64,000 bases of DNA. Origin: Clostridia bacterium (GTDB taxonomy: Bacteria; Bacillota; Clostridia; Christensenellales; CAG-1252). The stretch spans positions 127,009 through 191,008 of the forward strand of contig JAFSWQ010000013.1 of the NCBI GenBank assembly GCA_017444385.1, in the 5' to 3' direction. Below the pieces are notes generated by a model. The model was not told where the DNA came from and made no database searches. It worked only from the letters and a program-made list of their open reading frames with translations. The position numbers and the translations under genes are program-made. Positions 14,118 through 23,600 of the stretch are shown here, in pieces (position 1 is the first letter of the stretch; each line of letters begins with the position of its first letter).

Positions 14118-15896
14118 ATGAAATATAACGACCGTAAGGATATACCCGAAGAGTACAAATGGGACTTAACTCAACTCGTTTCTTCGGACGAAGAATGGGA
14201 ACGTCTTCTCGCCGAGTTTTCCGAGAAGAAGAAGGAAATCGTCAAGTTTAAGGGCAAACTAAAAGACAAAGCGACCTTGCTCGAATGTTTCGCGTTTTCC
14301 GACGAATTGGAATTGGAATTCGAGACCATATACGTTTATGCCAATATGAAAAATCACGAGGATATGCGTATAGGCAAGTATCAACAATACGTCGCTTCTT
14401 TGGGCAACGTGGTAGGCGAATATATGGCTCTCTCGGCGTTTATCACACCCGAGATCATCGCGTCTTATTCGGTGGAAGAGTTGAACGCGCTTTCAGATGA
14501 TCCCGCTTTCAACGCCCATTCGTACGAGCTTAAAGAATTGGCGAGAAAGAAAGATACCATCTTGTCCGAAAAGGAAGAGAGCATACTCGGTCAAGCGTCC
14601 GCGATAGTTTCGGTATTCCACGATACTTTCGCCCGTTTCGACAACGCCGACGTCAAATTCGCCCCCGTCAAAGTTGGCGGCAAAAAGGTAAAATTATCCC
14701 ACGGCGTTTACGGTACTTTGATGCAAAACAAAAATAGAGAGGTACGCAAGGCGGCTCATTTCTCTATGTTCAACGGCTATAAGGATATGATAAACACCTT
14801 GGCGAGCAACTATTCGGGCAACGTGCAAGCCGACTGGATGGACGCGAGAATAAGAGGCTTCAAGAGTTCGCTTTCTCGCGCGCTCGACTCTACCAACGTG
14901 CCCGTCGAGGTATATAATACCCTCATTGAGGAAACTCATAAGGCGTTGCCCTCTTTGAAAAAGTATCTCACCTATCGCAAAAAACAACTGGGCGTTAGCG
15001 AGCATAAGGCTTACGATATGTACGCGAATACCGAGAAGTACAAAGCCGAAGAGATATCCTTTGACGACGCTTTCAATATCGTTCTCGAAGGGCTTGCGCC
15101 TATGGGGGAAGACTACGTGGAACTTCTCAAAAAGGCGAGAAGAGAGAGATGGCTCGACGTCTACGAATCGGACGGCAAGAGAAGCGGCGGTTACAGCTGG
15201 GGCGTTTACGGTCACCCCGCGTACATTCTTTTAAACTTCAACGGCACTTTGAGCGAGACTTTCACCATCGCGCACGAATTGGGTCATAGTATGCACTCGT
15301 ATTTCAGCGATAACGCCCTTCCTTACGCGGCGGCTCAATACAAGATCTTCGTAGCCGAGATAGCGAGTACGGTCAACGAAACCTTACTCATCAACCATCT
15401 TTTGAAGACCGCTACCGGCGAAAGACGCAAATATCTTTTATCCTATCGTTTGGATATGTTCAAGGCGACGGTATTCCGTCAAACCATGTTCGCCGAGTTC
15501 GAGCAAAAGGCGCACGAATACGTTGAAAAGGGCGGCGGTTTGTCTGCCGAGGCGCTTTGCGATATGTATGAGAAGTTGAACGTCCTCTACTACGGCAAGC
15601 AATTTATAACCCCCGTACTCAAATACGAATGGGCGCGTATTCCCCACTTCTATACGAGTTTTTACGTTTATCAATACGCTACCGGGCTTATCTCGGCGAC
15701 AGCCATCGCTTCGGATATCCTTTCGGGTAAAGAGGGCGCGGTGGAAAATTATAAGAAATTCCTCTCTGCCGGCGGCAGTATGCCCCCTCTTGAGATACTC
15801 AAACTCGCGGGCGTAGATCTCACCACCCCCGAACCCTTCAAAAAAGCCTTCGCGTTGTTCGCGGATACTTTGAAAGAGTTGTCCTCTTTGAAATGA
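14118..15896 (+). CDS. pepF: oligoendopeptidase F (M3B)
   Basis: HELGHSMHS (HExxH) with the downstream E (VAEIAST). N-terminal EEYKWDLTQL and overall length are typical of PepF. ATG 14118 with GGAGG (14108-14112) is preferred over TTG 14106. Confidence 0.9.
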   Translation: MKYNDRKDIPEEYKWDLTQLVSSDEEWERLLAEFSEKKKEIVKFKGKLKDKATLLECFAFSDELELEFETIYVYANMKNHEDMRIGKYQQYVASLGNVVGEYMALSAFITPEIIASYSVEELNALSDDPAFNAHSYELKELARKKDTILSEKEESILGQASAIVSVFHDTFARFDNADVKFAPVKVGGKKVKLSHGVYGTLMQNKNREVRKAAHFSMFNGYKDMINTLASNYSGNVQADWMDARIRGFKSSLSRALDSTNVPVEVYNTLIEETHKALPSLKKYLTYRKKQLGVSEHKAYDMYANTEKYKAEEISFDDAFNIVLEGLAPMGEDYVELLKKARRERWLDVYESDGKRSGGYSWGVYGHPAYILLNFNGTLSETFTIAHELGHSMHSYFSDNALPYAAAQYKIFVAEIASTVNETLLINHLLKTATGERRKYLLSYRLDMFKATVFRQTMFAEFEQKAHEYVEKGGGLSAEALCDMYEKLNVLYYGKQFITPVLKYEWARIPHFYTSFYVYQYATGLISATAIASDILSGKEGAVENYKKFLSAGGSMPPLEILKLAGVDLTTPEPFKKAFALFADTLKELSSLK

Positions 15897-17041
15897 AAAA
15901 AGGGTTATTGATAACTATTATCGCGCTTCTTTCCCTCGCTCTCTTACTATTGGCGGGGTGCGGGGAAGCGACCTATACCGTGAGGATAGAAAGCGGCGGC
16001 GCGAGGATCTATTCCTATACCGTGCGTTTGGACGCGTCGGACTTGGACGTTGAAAAGCAACGCGCGGCTGTAAGGACGGTCTTTACCTATTACGCCGACA
16101 GGATAGACCGAGCGACCTTTACCGATACCGATCCCAATGTTTTGACCTTGGAAATAAGGTACGACGATCTCACCGATTACTATATCGCGAACGGCATTAC
16201 GGGCAACGAGCCTAACGAGCCTTCCGAATGGGAAAAAGAGGGCGTACTCTTCCAAAAGTATTATACGGTTCTATTCGTTGCGGACAAAGGTAACTTCGAG
16301 TATTACGCGCTTCAATACCTCGACGCGTACGACGCTACCTTCCGTCAAAACTACGTCGTAAAGGCGTACGCCGCAGCGAATAACGGCTCGCTTTCCGCGG
16401 TTTATTCGCAAGTAGTGCGTAACGCTGTGGCGAACGAAGACGCTTTTTCAACTCTTAGAGCGCTCGTGAACGACGGAAATTCTTCTTACGCAGAGGAAGC
16501 GCAAACGACCGCCTACGAGTGGATGAAGGAACTCGGCTACGATTACTCGAAGGTGACCGCGTATTTCCGTTACAGTATGTACTTCCGCAACGTCAAAGGG
16601 CAAAACCCCGACGAAGTGTATACCGAAGACGGTCAAACGGTTTATAAGTGGAAACTCGATCCTTTTTCCGCTAACGAATTCACCTTAACGCAAACCGTCC
16701 CTTCGGTTTGGGTGTGGGAACTTCTTTCTATCGCGGCAGGATTGATGGTAGCGGGCGTGTGTATCGCTTTGATTATAGTTAAAAAGAAGATAAAAGGCGA
16801 GAAGAAGGGCGAACCTACGGGCGAGAACGAAGAAGATAAAATTGACGGCGAATCGGGCGAAAGCGATGACGCCGATCGCGCTACTACGGAAGAACCCAAT
16901 AACTACGTCGTTATAACGAACGACGCTTCGTCTTTTGAAAAAGAAAGAGAAAACGTAAACGAAAATAACGACGATAACGATTATAACGGCAACAACGACG
17001 ATAACGATAATAACGAATATAACGATAAAGAAAACGACTGA
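15893..17041 (+). CDS. lipoprotein with additional C-terminal TM and Asp/Asn-rich cytoplasmic tail
   Basis: Lipobox LLLLAGC|GE. C-terminal TM LLSIAAGLMVAGVCIALIIV followed by KKKIKGEKK and an N/D-rich tail. ATGA overlap with the pepF stop. Confidence 0.7.
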   Translation: MKKGLLITIIALLSLALLLLAGCGEATYTVRIESGGARIYSYTVRLDASDLDVEKQRAAVRTVFTYYADRIDRATFTDTDPNVLTLEIRYDDLTDYYIANGITGNEPNEPSEWEKEGVLFQKYYTVLFVADKGNFEYYALQYLDAYDATFRQNYVVKAYAAANNGSLSAVYSQVVRNAVANEDAFSTLRALVNDGNSSYAEEAQTTAYEWMKELGYDYSKVTAYFRYSMYFRNVKGQNPDEVYTEDGQTVYKWKLDPFSANEFTLTQTVPSVWVWELLSIAAGLMVAGVCIALIIVKKKIKGEKKGEPTGENEEDKIDGESGESDDADRATTEEPNNYVVITNDASSFEKERENVNENNDDNDYNGNNDDNDNNEYNDKEND

Positions 17042-17064
17042 ATGTAGTCGTAAAAGGAATTATT

Positions 17065-18660
17065 ATGGCGAAGAATGAAAAAAACGTGGTAAAAAGATAT
17101 CCCAATAACGTAGACGCGGAAAAGTCTATGCTCGCGTGTATTTTATTGGATCCGAAGATCGCTAACGTGATGATCGACAAACTCGTAGAAGACGACTTTT
17201 TCGATTTGAAACACAAGCACGTATTCAAGGCGATGAAGTCGTTACACGCGGCGAGCAAGTCGATAGACATAGTGTCGGTTAGCGAAAAATTGCCGAGTCT
17301 TGGTATTTCGAGCGAAGACGTCGATATCGATTACATAGTCGAGATATCCGACTTCGTGCCTTCTACGAGCGGGTATATAGGCTATTACGACATTCTCAAA
17401 AAGAACACCCTTTTGAGAGGTCTTCTCAACGTGAGCAAGAGCATCGCCGAAAATGTCTACGTTTCTGATAACGCCGAGGCTTCCCTCGATCACGCTCAAC
17501 AGTTGATACTCGACCTCGCGAAGAATACGGGTTCAACCACGCTTACGCCGGTTTCCGAGATAGTGCCCCAAGTCTTGACGGATATACAAGATCAATCCTT
17601 GAACGGAAAGGCAAAGGGGCTTATGACGGGTTTCAAGAATATGGATTACCACTTCAACGGCTTGAAGCGTTCGGACGTGGTGCTTTTGGCTGCTCGTCCG
17701 GGTATCGGAAAGACGGCTTTCGCGCTGAATATAGCCGCGAATATCGCCAAAAATCCCGAATACAAGGGCGCGAATATCCTCATATTCTCTTTGGAAATGT
17801 CGGCTAAACAACTCGTAACGAGAATGATGTGCAATATCGGCGAGATGGATAACGATAAGATAAACCGCGGCGAGATGGGCATAGACGATTACGTTAAATT
17901 GCGTTCGGCTTCTTCTACGCTTTTCGATAGCGGCATTTATATCGACCAGACCGCGAGTTCCAACCCCGTCGAGATATTCAGTAAGTGTAAACAATTCAAG
18001 ATAGAGCATAGCCACCTCGACTTAATAATAATCGACTACTTGCAGTTGATGGACTTGCCCGACGATAGAAAGAGCGAGAGCCGTCAACAGGAAGTCGCGT
18101 ATATGTCCCGTCGTATCAAATTGCTTGCGAAAGACCTCGACGTACCGGTCATTCTTTTGTCCCAATTGTCGCGCGGCGCCGAGCAAAGACACGAAAAACC
18201 TCAACTTCACGATTTGAGAGATTCGGGCTCTATCGAACAAGACGCGGATATAGTTTTGTTCCTGTATAAGGAAAAGGGGCAGGATCCGCAAAACGAGGTC
18301 ATCGAACTCATCGTCGCCAAGTATCGTAACGGTAAGCAAGGCTCTTTGGCTTTCCGTTGGGACGGTCGCTATTTCAAATTCGAGCCGCTTTCCGAAGAGG
18401 CTCTCGATAAGATAGTCGTCTACGGCAAGGACGGTCAAGCCACGGTAGTGGGTAGAGAAGGCGCGCCTCAAAAGCAGAATACCGTATCTTCCGCCCGCGT
18501 TTCCCAAGCCGCGCAACAAGCGGCGCAACAAGCCGTACAGCAATCCGCTCCCGCGCCGCAATATCCATCGAGCGATAACGCGAGCGACGATATAATCAAC
18601 CTCGACGCGTCGGGGCTCTCGATTTCCGAGGATCCCAAACCCGTAAAGACGGAGGAATAA
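17065..18660 (+). CDS. dnaB: replicative DNA helicase DnaB with ~80-aa Q/A-rich C-terminal extension
   Basis: PNNVDAEKSMLACILLDP N-domain. Walker A is ARPGIGKTAFALNIA. IIDYLQLM, LSQLSRGAEQR and RDSGSIEQDADIV motifs are present. Confidence 0.92.
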   Translation: MAKNEKNVVKRYPNNVDAEKSMLACILLDPKIANVMIDKLVEDDFFDLKHKHVFKAMKSLHAASKSIDIVSVSEKLPSLGISSEDVDIDYIVEISDFVPSTSGYIGYYDILKKNTLLRGLLNVSKSIAENVYVSDNAEASLDHAQQLILDLAKNTGSTTLTPVSEIVPQVLTDIQDQSLNGKAKGLMTGFKNMDYHFNGLKRSDVVLLAARPGIGKTAFALNIAANIAKNPEYKGANILIFSLEMSAKQLVTRMMCNIGEMDNDKINRGEMGIDDYVKLRSASSTLFDSGIYIDQTASSNPVEIFSKCKQFKIEHSHLDLIIIDYLQLMDLPDDRKSESRQQEVAYMSRRIKLLAKDLDVPVILLSQLSRGAEQRHEKPQLHDLRDSGSIEQDADIVLFLYKEKGQDPQNEVIELIVAKYRNGKQGSLAFRWDGRYFKFEPLSEEALDKIVVYGKDGQATVVGREGAPQKQNTVSSARVSQAAQQAAQQAVQQSAPAPQYPSSDNASDDIINLDASGLSISEDPKPVKTEE

Positions 18661-18662
18661 TT

Positions 18663-19079
18663 ATGTTCGTTTTGTATTTGATATTTCCTATAATCGGAAT
18701 CTTTTTGGGCGGTTTGACCTTCTTTATGGGCGTTACTCTCATCACTAACGAGATAAAGAAAGCGGAAGCCGAGAGGGGCGAACAAGTGGAAGAAGTCGAG
18801 GAAGAAGTCCGCGAATTGACTAACGAAGACCTCGAAGCAGAAGCAAAAGAAGTTAAACGCAAAGCGTTGTCCCCCTTGCCTTATCTTTTGGGCGCGGAAG
18901 GCTTATTGGCTTTCGTGGGGTCGACCTTGATGATAGTTTTCAGATTGTTTACCGAATTGACTTTCGCATGGTGGATATTCCCCGTAGCGTTCGTAGGATA
19001 CGCGCTTTTCGCTTTCGTCGTAGACGGCTTCGCAATGTCGGGTTACGCCGCAAAGACCAAGGAGGACGAGAATGAATAA
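18663..19079 (+). CDS. small membrane protein (hypothetical)
   Basis: Starts 2 nt after the dnaB stop. Has an N-terminal TM, an acidic coiled middle and two or three C-terminal TMs. Its end overlaps the PPTase start. Confidence 0.6.
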   Translation: MFVLYLIFPIIGIFLGGLTFFMGVTLITNEIKKAEAERGEQVEEVEEEVRELTNEDLEAEAKEVKRKALSPLPYLLGAEGLLAFVGSTLMIVFRLFTELTFAWWIFPVAFVGYALFAFVVDGFAMSGYAAKTKEDENE

Positions 19080-19578
19080 AACGTTGGTCGTATTGACGGG
19101 CGCAGGCTCGAATATCAATTCGATGGTGAATAATATATTGAAGAAGAAGGTCGTTATTGAACGCAAAGAAAGCGGTGCGCCCTATCTTGAAGGCTCTGAT
19201 CTTTCTTTCTCACTTTCACACAAAGAAAAGCTCGTTTGCTTTGCGATTTCACCCAAAGCGGTGGGCGTGGATATCGAAAAGATAGTCGAAAAGGACAGCA
19301 TTTACGGAATAGCCGAGAGGTATTTCGGCGAACCTATCGAAGTGGGTGACGCTCTCGCGTTTTATACCGCTTGGACGAGGAGGGAAGCGTTATCCAAATT
19401 AGTGGGAACGGGCTTGAACAAAGAACTGCTATCCACCGATTTATCCTCGGGCGAATATCAAACCGATGAAGGCATGGTGGTTTTTCGCTCTTGGGAAGAC
19501 GAGGGATACCTTATTACCGTCGCTTGCTACGACGACGCCCCCGAATTCAAGAAGGATATAAAGAAGCAAGAAGAATGA
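19072..19578 (+). CDS. 4'-phosphopantetheinyl transferase, short Sfp-like
   Basis: Motifs GAPYL, FSLSHKEK, VGVDIEKI and YTAWTRREALSKLVGTG (WxxKEAxxK-type). At 168 aa it is shorter than typical Sfp-type enzymes. Confidence 0.75.
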   Translation: MNKTLVVLTGAGSNINSMVNNILKKKVVIERKESGAPYLEGSDLSFSLSHKEKLVCFAISPKAVGVDIEKIVEKDSIYGIAERYFGEPIEVGDALAFYTAWTRREALSKLVGTGLNKELLSTDLSSGEYQTDEGMVVFRSWEDEGYLITVACYDDAPEFKKDIKKQEE

Positions 19579-19761
19579 TAATTCGCTAAGCGAAAATGAT
19601 AACTTGCTACCGCGAAGCAATATGATAGCGTACAAGGCGTTCGCTTGTATCGTTACACGATACGACTTTTATAAAGTCCAACGCATAAATGCGTTAGCGA
19701 ACGCCCCCGCGTTCTCACTCGAAGATAATAAGTAAACTTGCTCTCTTCTTCGTTCGACGCT

Positions 19762-19851
19762 TCATGTTGAGCGAAGTCGAAACATCTCAACCGAATGAAA
19801 AGAATAGAGTACCATCGGTTAGGGGATCCTTCGACAGGCTCAGGATGACGG
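19762..19851 (-). repeat. palindromic repeat unit in inverted orientation (B then A on the minus strand)
   Basis: 19762-19788 is the reverse complement of the module A core. 19818-19851 is the reverse complement of module B (CCGTCATCCTGAGCCTGTCGAAGGATCCCCTAAC). Confidence 0.8.
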
Positions 19852-19951
19852 AACTGAATCACTTTGTGAGAATTATAATTCGCTACGCGAATATAAATAT
19901 ACCCCGTCGTGTGACGGTCAATTATATAAACAAATAAAGGAGTATAAAAAT

Positions 19952-20176
19952 ATGGATATTAAAGAACGCGTAATAAAATTACTTGGCAACCGCAAGAAAA
20001 TAGCGATCACAGAAGCGACTCGCTTCAAAGAGGATCTTCAAACCGACTCTTTGGATTTTATGGATATGATCTTCGACGTGGAAGAGGAATTCGGTTTCGA
20101 GGTCGATATTGACGTCGTTAAGGATTTCAAAACCGTAGGCGAAGTCATCGAATACGTCAAACAAAACGCAAAATAA
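19952..20176 (+). CDS. acyl carrier protein (orphan)
   Basis: A 74-aa ORF with the DSLDFMDMIFDVEEEFG motif (phosphopantetheine Ser in DSL). AAAGGAG SD. Confidence 0.85.
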   Translation: MDIKERVIKLLGNRKKIAITEATRFKEDLQTDSLDFMDMIFDVEEEFGFEVDIDVVKDFKTVGEVIEYVKQNAK

Positions 20177-20211
20177 TTCGTTTTAGTTATTTGTTATAAG
20201 TACCTTAAATC

Positions 20212-20352
20212 GGAAGAGACGTTTCGACAAGCTCAACGTGACGAAAAAACAGTACGTCATCCTGAGCCTGTCGAAGGATCCCCTAAAAAGGGGTAATTCG
20301 TTTATAATAATAAACAGCGGAAGAGACGTTTCGACAAGCTCAACGTGACGAG
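20212..20352. repeat. palindromic repeat cluster (A, B, A)
   Basis: A at 20212-20244, B at 20252-20293 (ending in the CCCCT-aaaa-AGGGG mini-hairpin) and A at 20319-20352. Confidence 0.85.
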
Positions 20353-20441
20353 TAACTTTTGAAAATTCGGTTACTGAAAGACAAATCGTTGCTTACTCAA
20401 AACACTGTTTTTTATCGGCTTATCGTTTTAAATAACGCTTG

Positions 20442-20466
20442 CGCCGCCTAAATAGGCGGCGTTTTT
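20442..20466 (+). terminator. rho-independent terminator
   Basis: CGCCGCC-taaata-GGCGGCG followed by TTTTT. Confidence 0.85.
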
Positions 20467-20604
20467 CGTTAAATCGTGCCTAAATAGGCGGTGGTTGGAT
20501 TAAAATTTGATTAATTTTATAGTAAAATAAAATTATAGTACGTTTAAGAAAATATTAAAGTAATAACGTTTATTATAATTATATATAAATTTTCGGGTTT
20601 CGTA

Positions 20605-20633
20605 TTGACTTTGAACCGCTATTACAGTATTAT
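20605..20633 (+). promoter_or_regulatory. sigma-70-type promoter of the giant gene
   Basis: TTGACT (20605-20610), 17-nt spacer, TATTAT (20628-20633). The GAAGGAG SD precedes ATG 20700. Confidence 0.6.
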
Positions 20634-20699
20634 TTAATATATTATTTTAAGTACAACGGGGGGATTCCCTCGTAGGAGTAATTACTTGAAGGAGTTATT

Positions 20700-23600
20700 A
20701 TGACTAAAAAGCATTTGAACGTTTTATTTATTTGCTTGATATGCTTGACGCTCGTATTCGCCGTCACCTATCTCGCCGCTTGTAAGAAAAACGTTTCCGT
20801 CGATATCATTCTTAACGACGTTGACGAAACTTACAGCGGGGAAGCCGTGACCTTTACGGGTAACACCTCGGACGGAAAGTATTTCTTCGATTCTTCCGCT
20901 CTCGACGGCTCGTTCAGCGTTGCGTACTTCGATAAGAACGGCGATCCCGTCGACGAATGCGTTTACGCGGGCGAATATACCGCGCAAGTCACTTTCGCCG
21001 CAAAAGGCTATAACACCGTCACCGCTTCGTGTAAAATCACCATACACAAGAAGAAGCCCGAAGTCAAGAGATGGCCTACCGTCAAAAACGACGAAAACGG
21101 CGAGCCTTACACCGTCACTTTCGGCGAAAAGCTCGATAACGAAATGTTAGAGCCCACCATTGCCGAAAACGTGGTGTTCGTGGTCGGCGTAGACAATAAA
21201 GCCGTTAGAGGTACGTTCTCTTGGGCGGATACCGCGGTGAGCGTCGCTACCGAAAAGTACGACGTCATATTCACTCCGCGCGGCTCGGCGACCGATCCTT
21301 CATCGGATTACAACAACTATACTACGGTGAGTATGAAAAAGGACACCGACGACTGTTTGAGAGTCAGAGTGCTTCCCGCTACCCCCGAATTGATAGAAGC
21401 CCCCAATATGCCCACCTTGAAGAGCGGCGACAGTTTGCAAAACGCCAAACTGACCTCTTACACTTTCGGCGTTTATAAGGACGCGGAAAGAAAGAACTAT
21501 ACCACCGTCAAGGGTACTCTTAATTGGGGTTATCTCACCGAAGAGGGCGGCTACGTTCTTTACAACGGCACGAGCGTCGCTTGGCCGGGCGTTACCGTAA
21601 AGGACGCGGCTAACTATATCGCAATCTTTATACCCAACGACAAAGATAACTACAAATCTTTCGTGTCCATTCCTCTCACCTTGAACGTGCTTCCCACCGA
21701 TCCTACGTTCAATACGAGTTTCGAGATACCCGCCGCAGACACGATTTCCTATGGTAAACCTTTGAAAGAAAGCGCGCTTCGCGGTCTTCTCGGCGTAGGG
21801 AAAGGCAGATCCGATCAAGTTTACGGTACTTTCGTTTGGGAAGACCCCGAAGAGGTCCCCGAAGTAAGCGGCTCCTTCAACGCTTTATTCATTCCCGACG
21901 ATACCGTCGAATATAGTTCCAACGTGGTCGTTAAGATCAAGGTAGACGTGACTGACGCCGAATTGCGCGTACAGCTTCCTTCCGCGTCCGCAGTCGATTA
22001 CGGCGACTCTCTCGAACATAGTATCATAGACAACGACACGTTAGGCGCGGGCGTATTCTATCTCTATTACGACCGCGACGTCCAAGCGTACGAAACCATC
22101 AAGGTTTCGGGTTATTTCGTTTGGGAATCCCCCGACCTTCTGCCCGAAGACGGTGAAAAACTTTCCACCATCGACACTTACGCGTGCGACGCGTTGTTCG
22201 TGCTTGACGATACTTCCATCGCGTATCGCTTCAACGAAGAGGACTTCAAAGTTAAGATTCCCGTCAAAGTCAAGAAAGCCGCTTTAGTGGATTTCCCCGA
22301 CTTCGATCCCATCGAACACGTAGTGTTCGGCACTCAACTTAAAGACGTAGCCCTTCCCGCATACACCGCGAAAGCCTACACCACCGACGAATTCGGCAAT
22401 CCCACCGCGGACGGCGAAGACGTTCCCGGCTTGCTTTCTTGGGTGGACGGCGATATCTATCCCGGCCTCGACGAGAACGGCGACAATAAGTATCTCGCGG
22501 TATTCACGCCAAAGTCCCCCGACTTCTCTCAATATCAAAGCTACAACGTAGAGATAATCGTTAGAGTGGATCCCGCCAATATCGACGCGGATAATTCTAT
22601 CTATCCCGTTGTGAGATCCCGCGTTGAAGCGGGTTCCGACCTCGAAGACGACAACATCGACGCGACGGAAGCCAAGATGTACATAAGAGGTCTTATAGAC
22701 GAAAACGGCGAGCATATCGCCGTCAGCGGTACTTTCGTTTGGACGGCGCAAGGTCCCGTTACCCCCGATAGACAAAAGTATTCGGTAAGATTTATCCCCG
22801 ATAATCTCAACCTCGTCAACACGTTCGACTTCGAGCTTTCGGTATCCATCGTTTCCGAAAGTTCCTGCTTCGAATTCACCTATAACGAAAGCGAAATGAC
22901 CGCCGTCATCACTTCCTTGGTATCTCATACCGACTGTATCGGCGGACACGTCAATTTAAGAATATCCGAGACCGTCAAGAAGGACGGCGAGGTTTATACC
23001 GTAGTCGGTATAGGCGACAACGCCTTCGCTTATCAACGCGTGATACAAACCATCGAATTGCCTTCCACCGTTACTTACATAGGCAACGGCGCGTTCCAGG
23101 GTTGCGATAACCTCTACGAAATAACGATACCCGAAGGCGTTACCTACATAGGCGCGTCCGCATTCCAAGGCTGTACGGCTTTGAAGAGCGTAGACAATCT
23201 TAGCGGCGTTATCGAACTCGTGGGCGACTTCGCGTTTGCCAACTGCTTGCTGTTAGAGGAACTTTCCCTTCCCAATTCGGTTTCCTATTTGGGTTACGGC
23301 GCGTTCGCTAACTGCGGCTCGTTGAAGGATCTTTCCATCGGCAACGGCAATATCAAGTACTACGTAAGAGACGGCGTAGTCCTCGAAGTAGGCGAAGACG
23401 GCAACGATATACTTCATACCTACCTTTGCACCAATTCTATATCCAGTTTCAGAATTCCTTCGTCGGTCACCGTTATCGCGCCTTATGCGTTCGCTTATAA
23501 CGACAACGTATTGCAAGAAGTCATAAGCGACACCGTTATCACGGTAGGCGACAGGGCGTTCCAAAACAGCAGCCTTAAATATTTGTATATCCTAAACGAC

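Noticed and set aside
19653-19862. Small minus-strand ORFs at 19653-19862, 63584-63829 and 63688-63924.
   Set aside because: They are translations of the palindromic repeat modules; the two at the window end even repeat the peptide MTYCFLFVTLSLSKRLFRFVL because of the 117-bp duplication. They are not genes.
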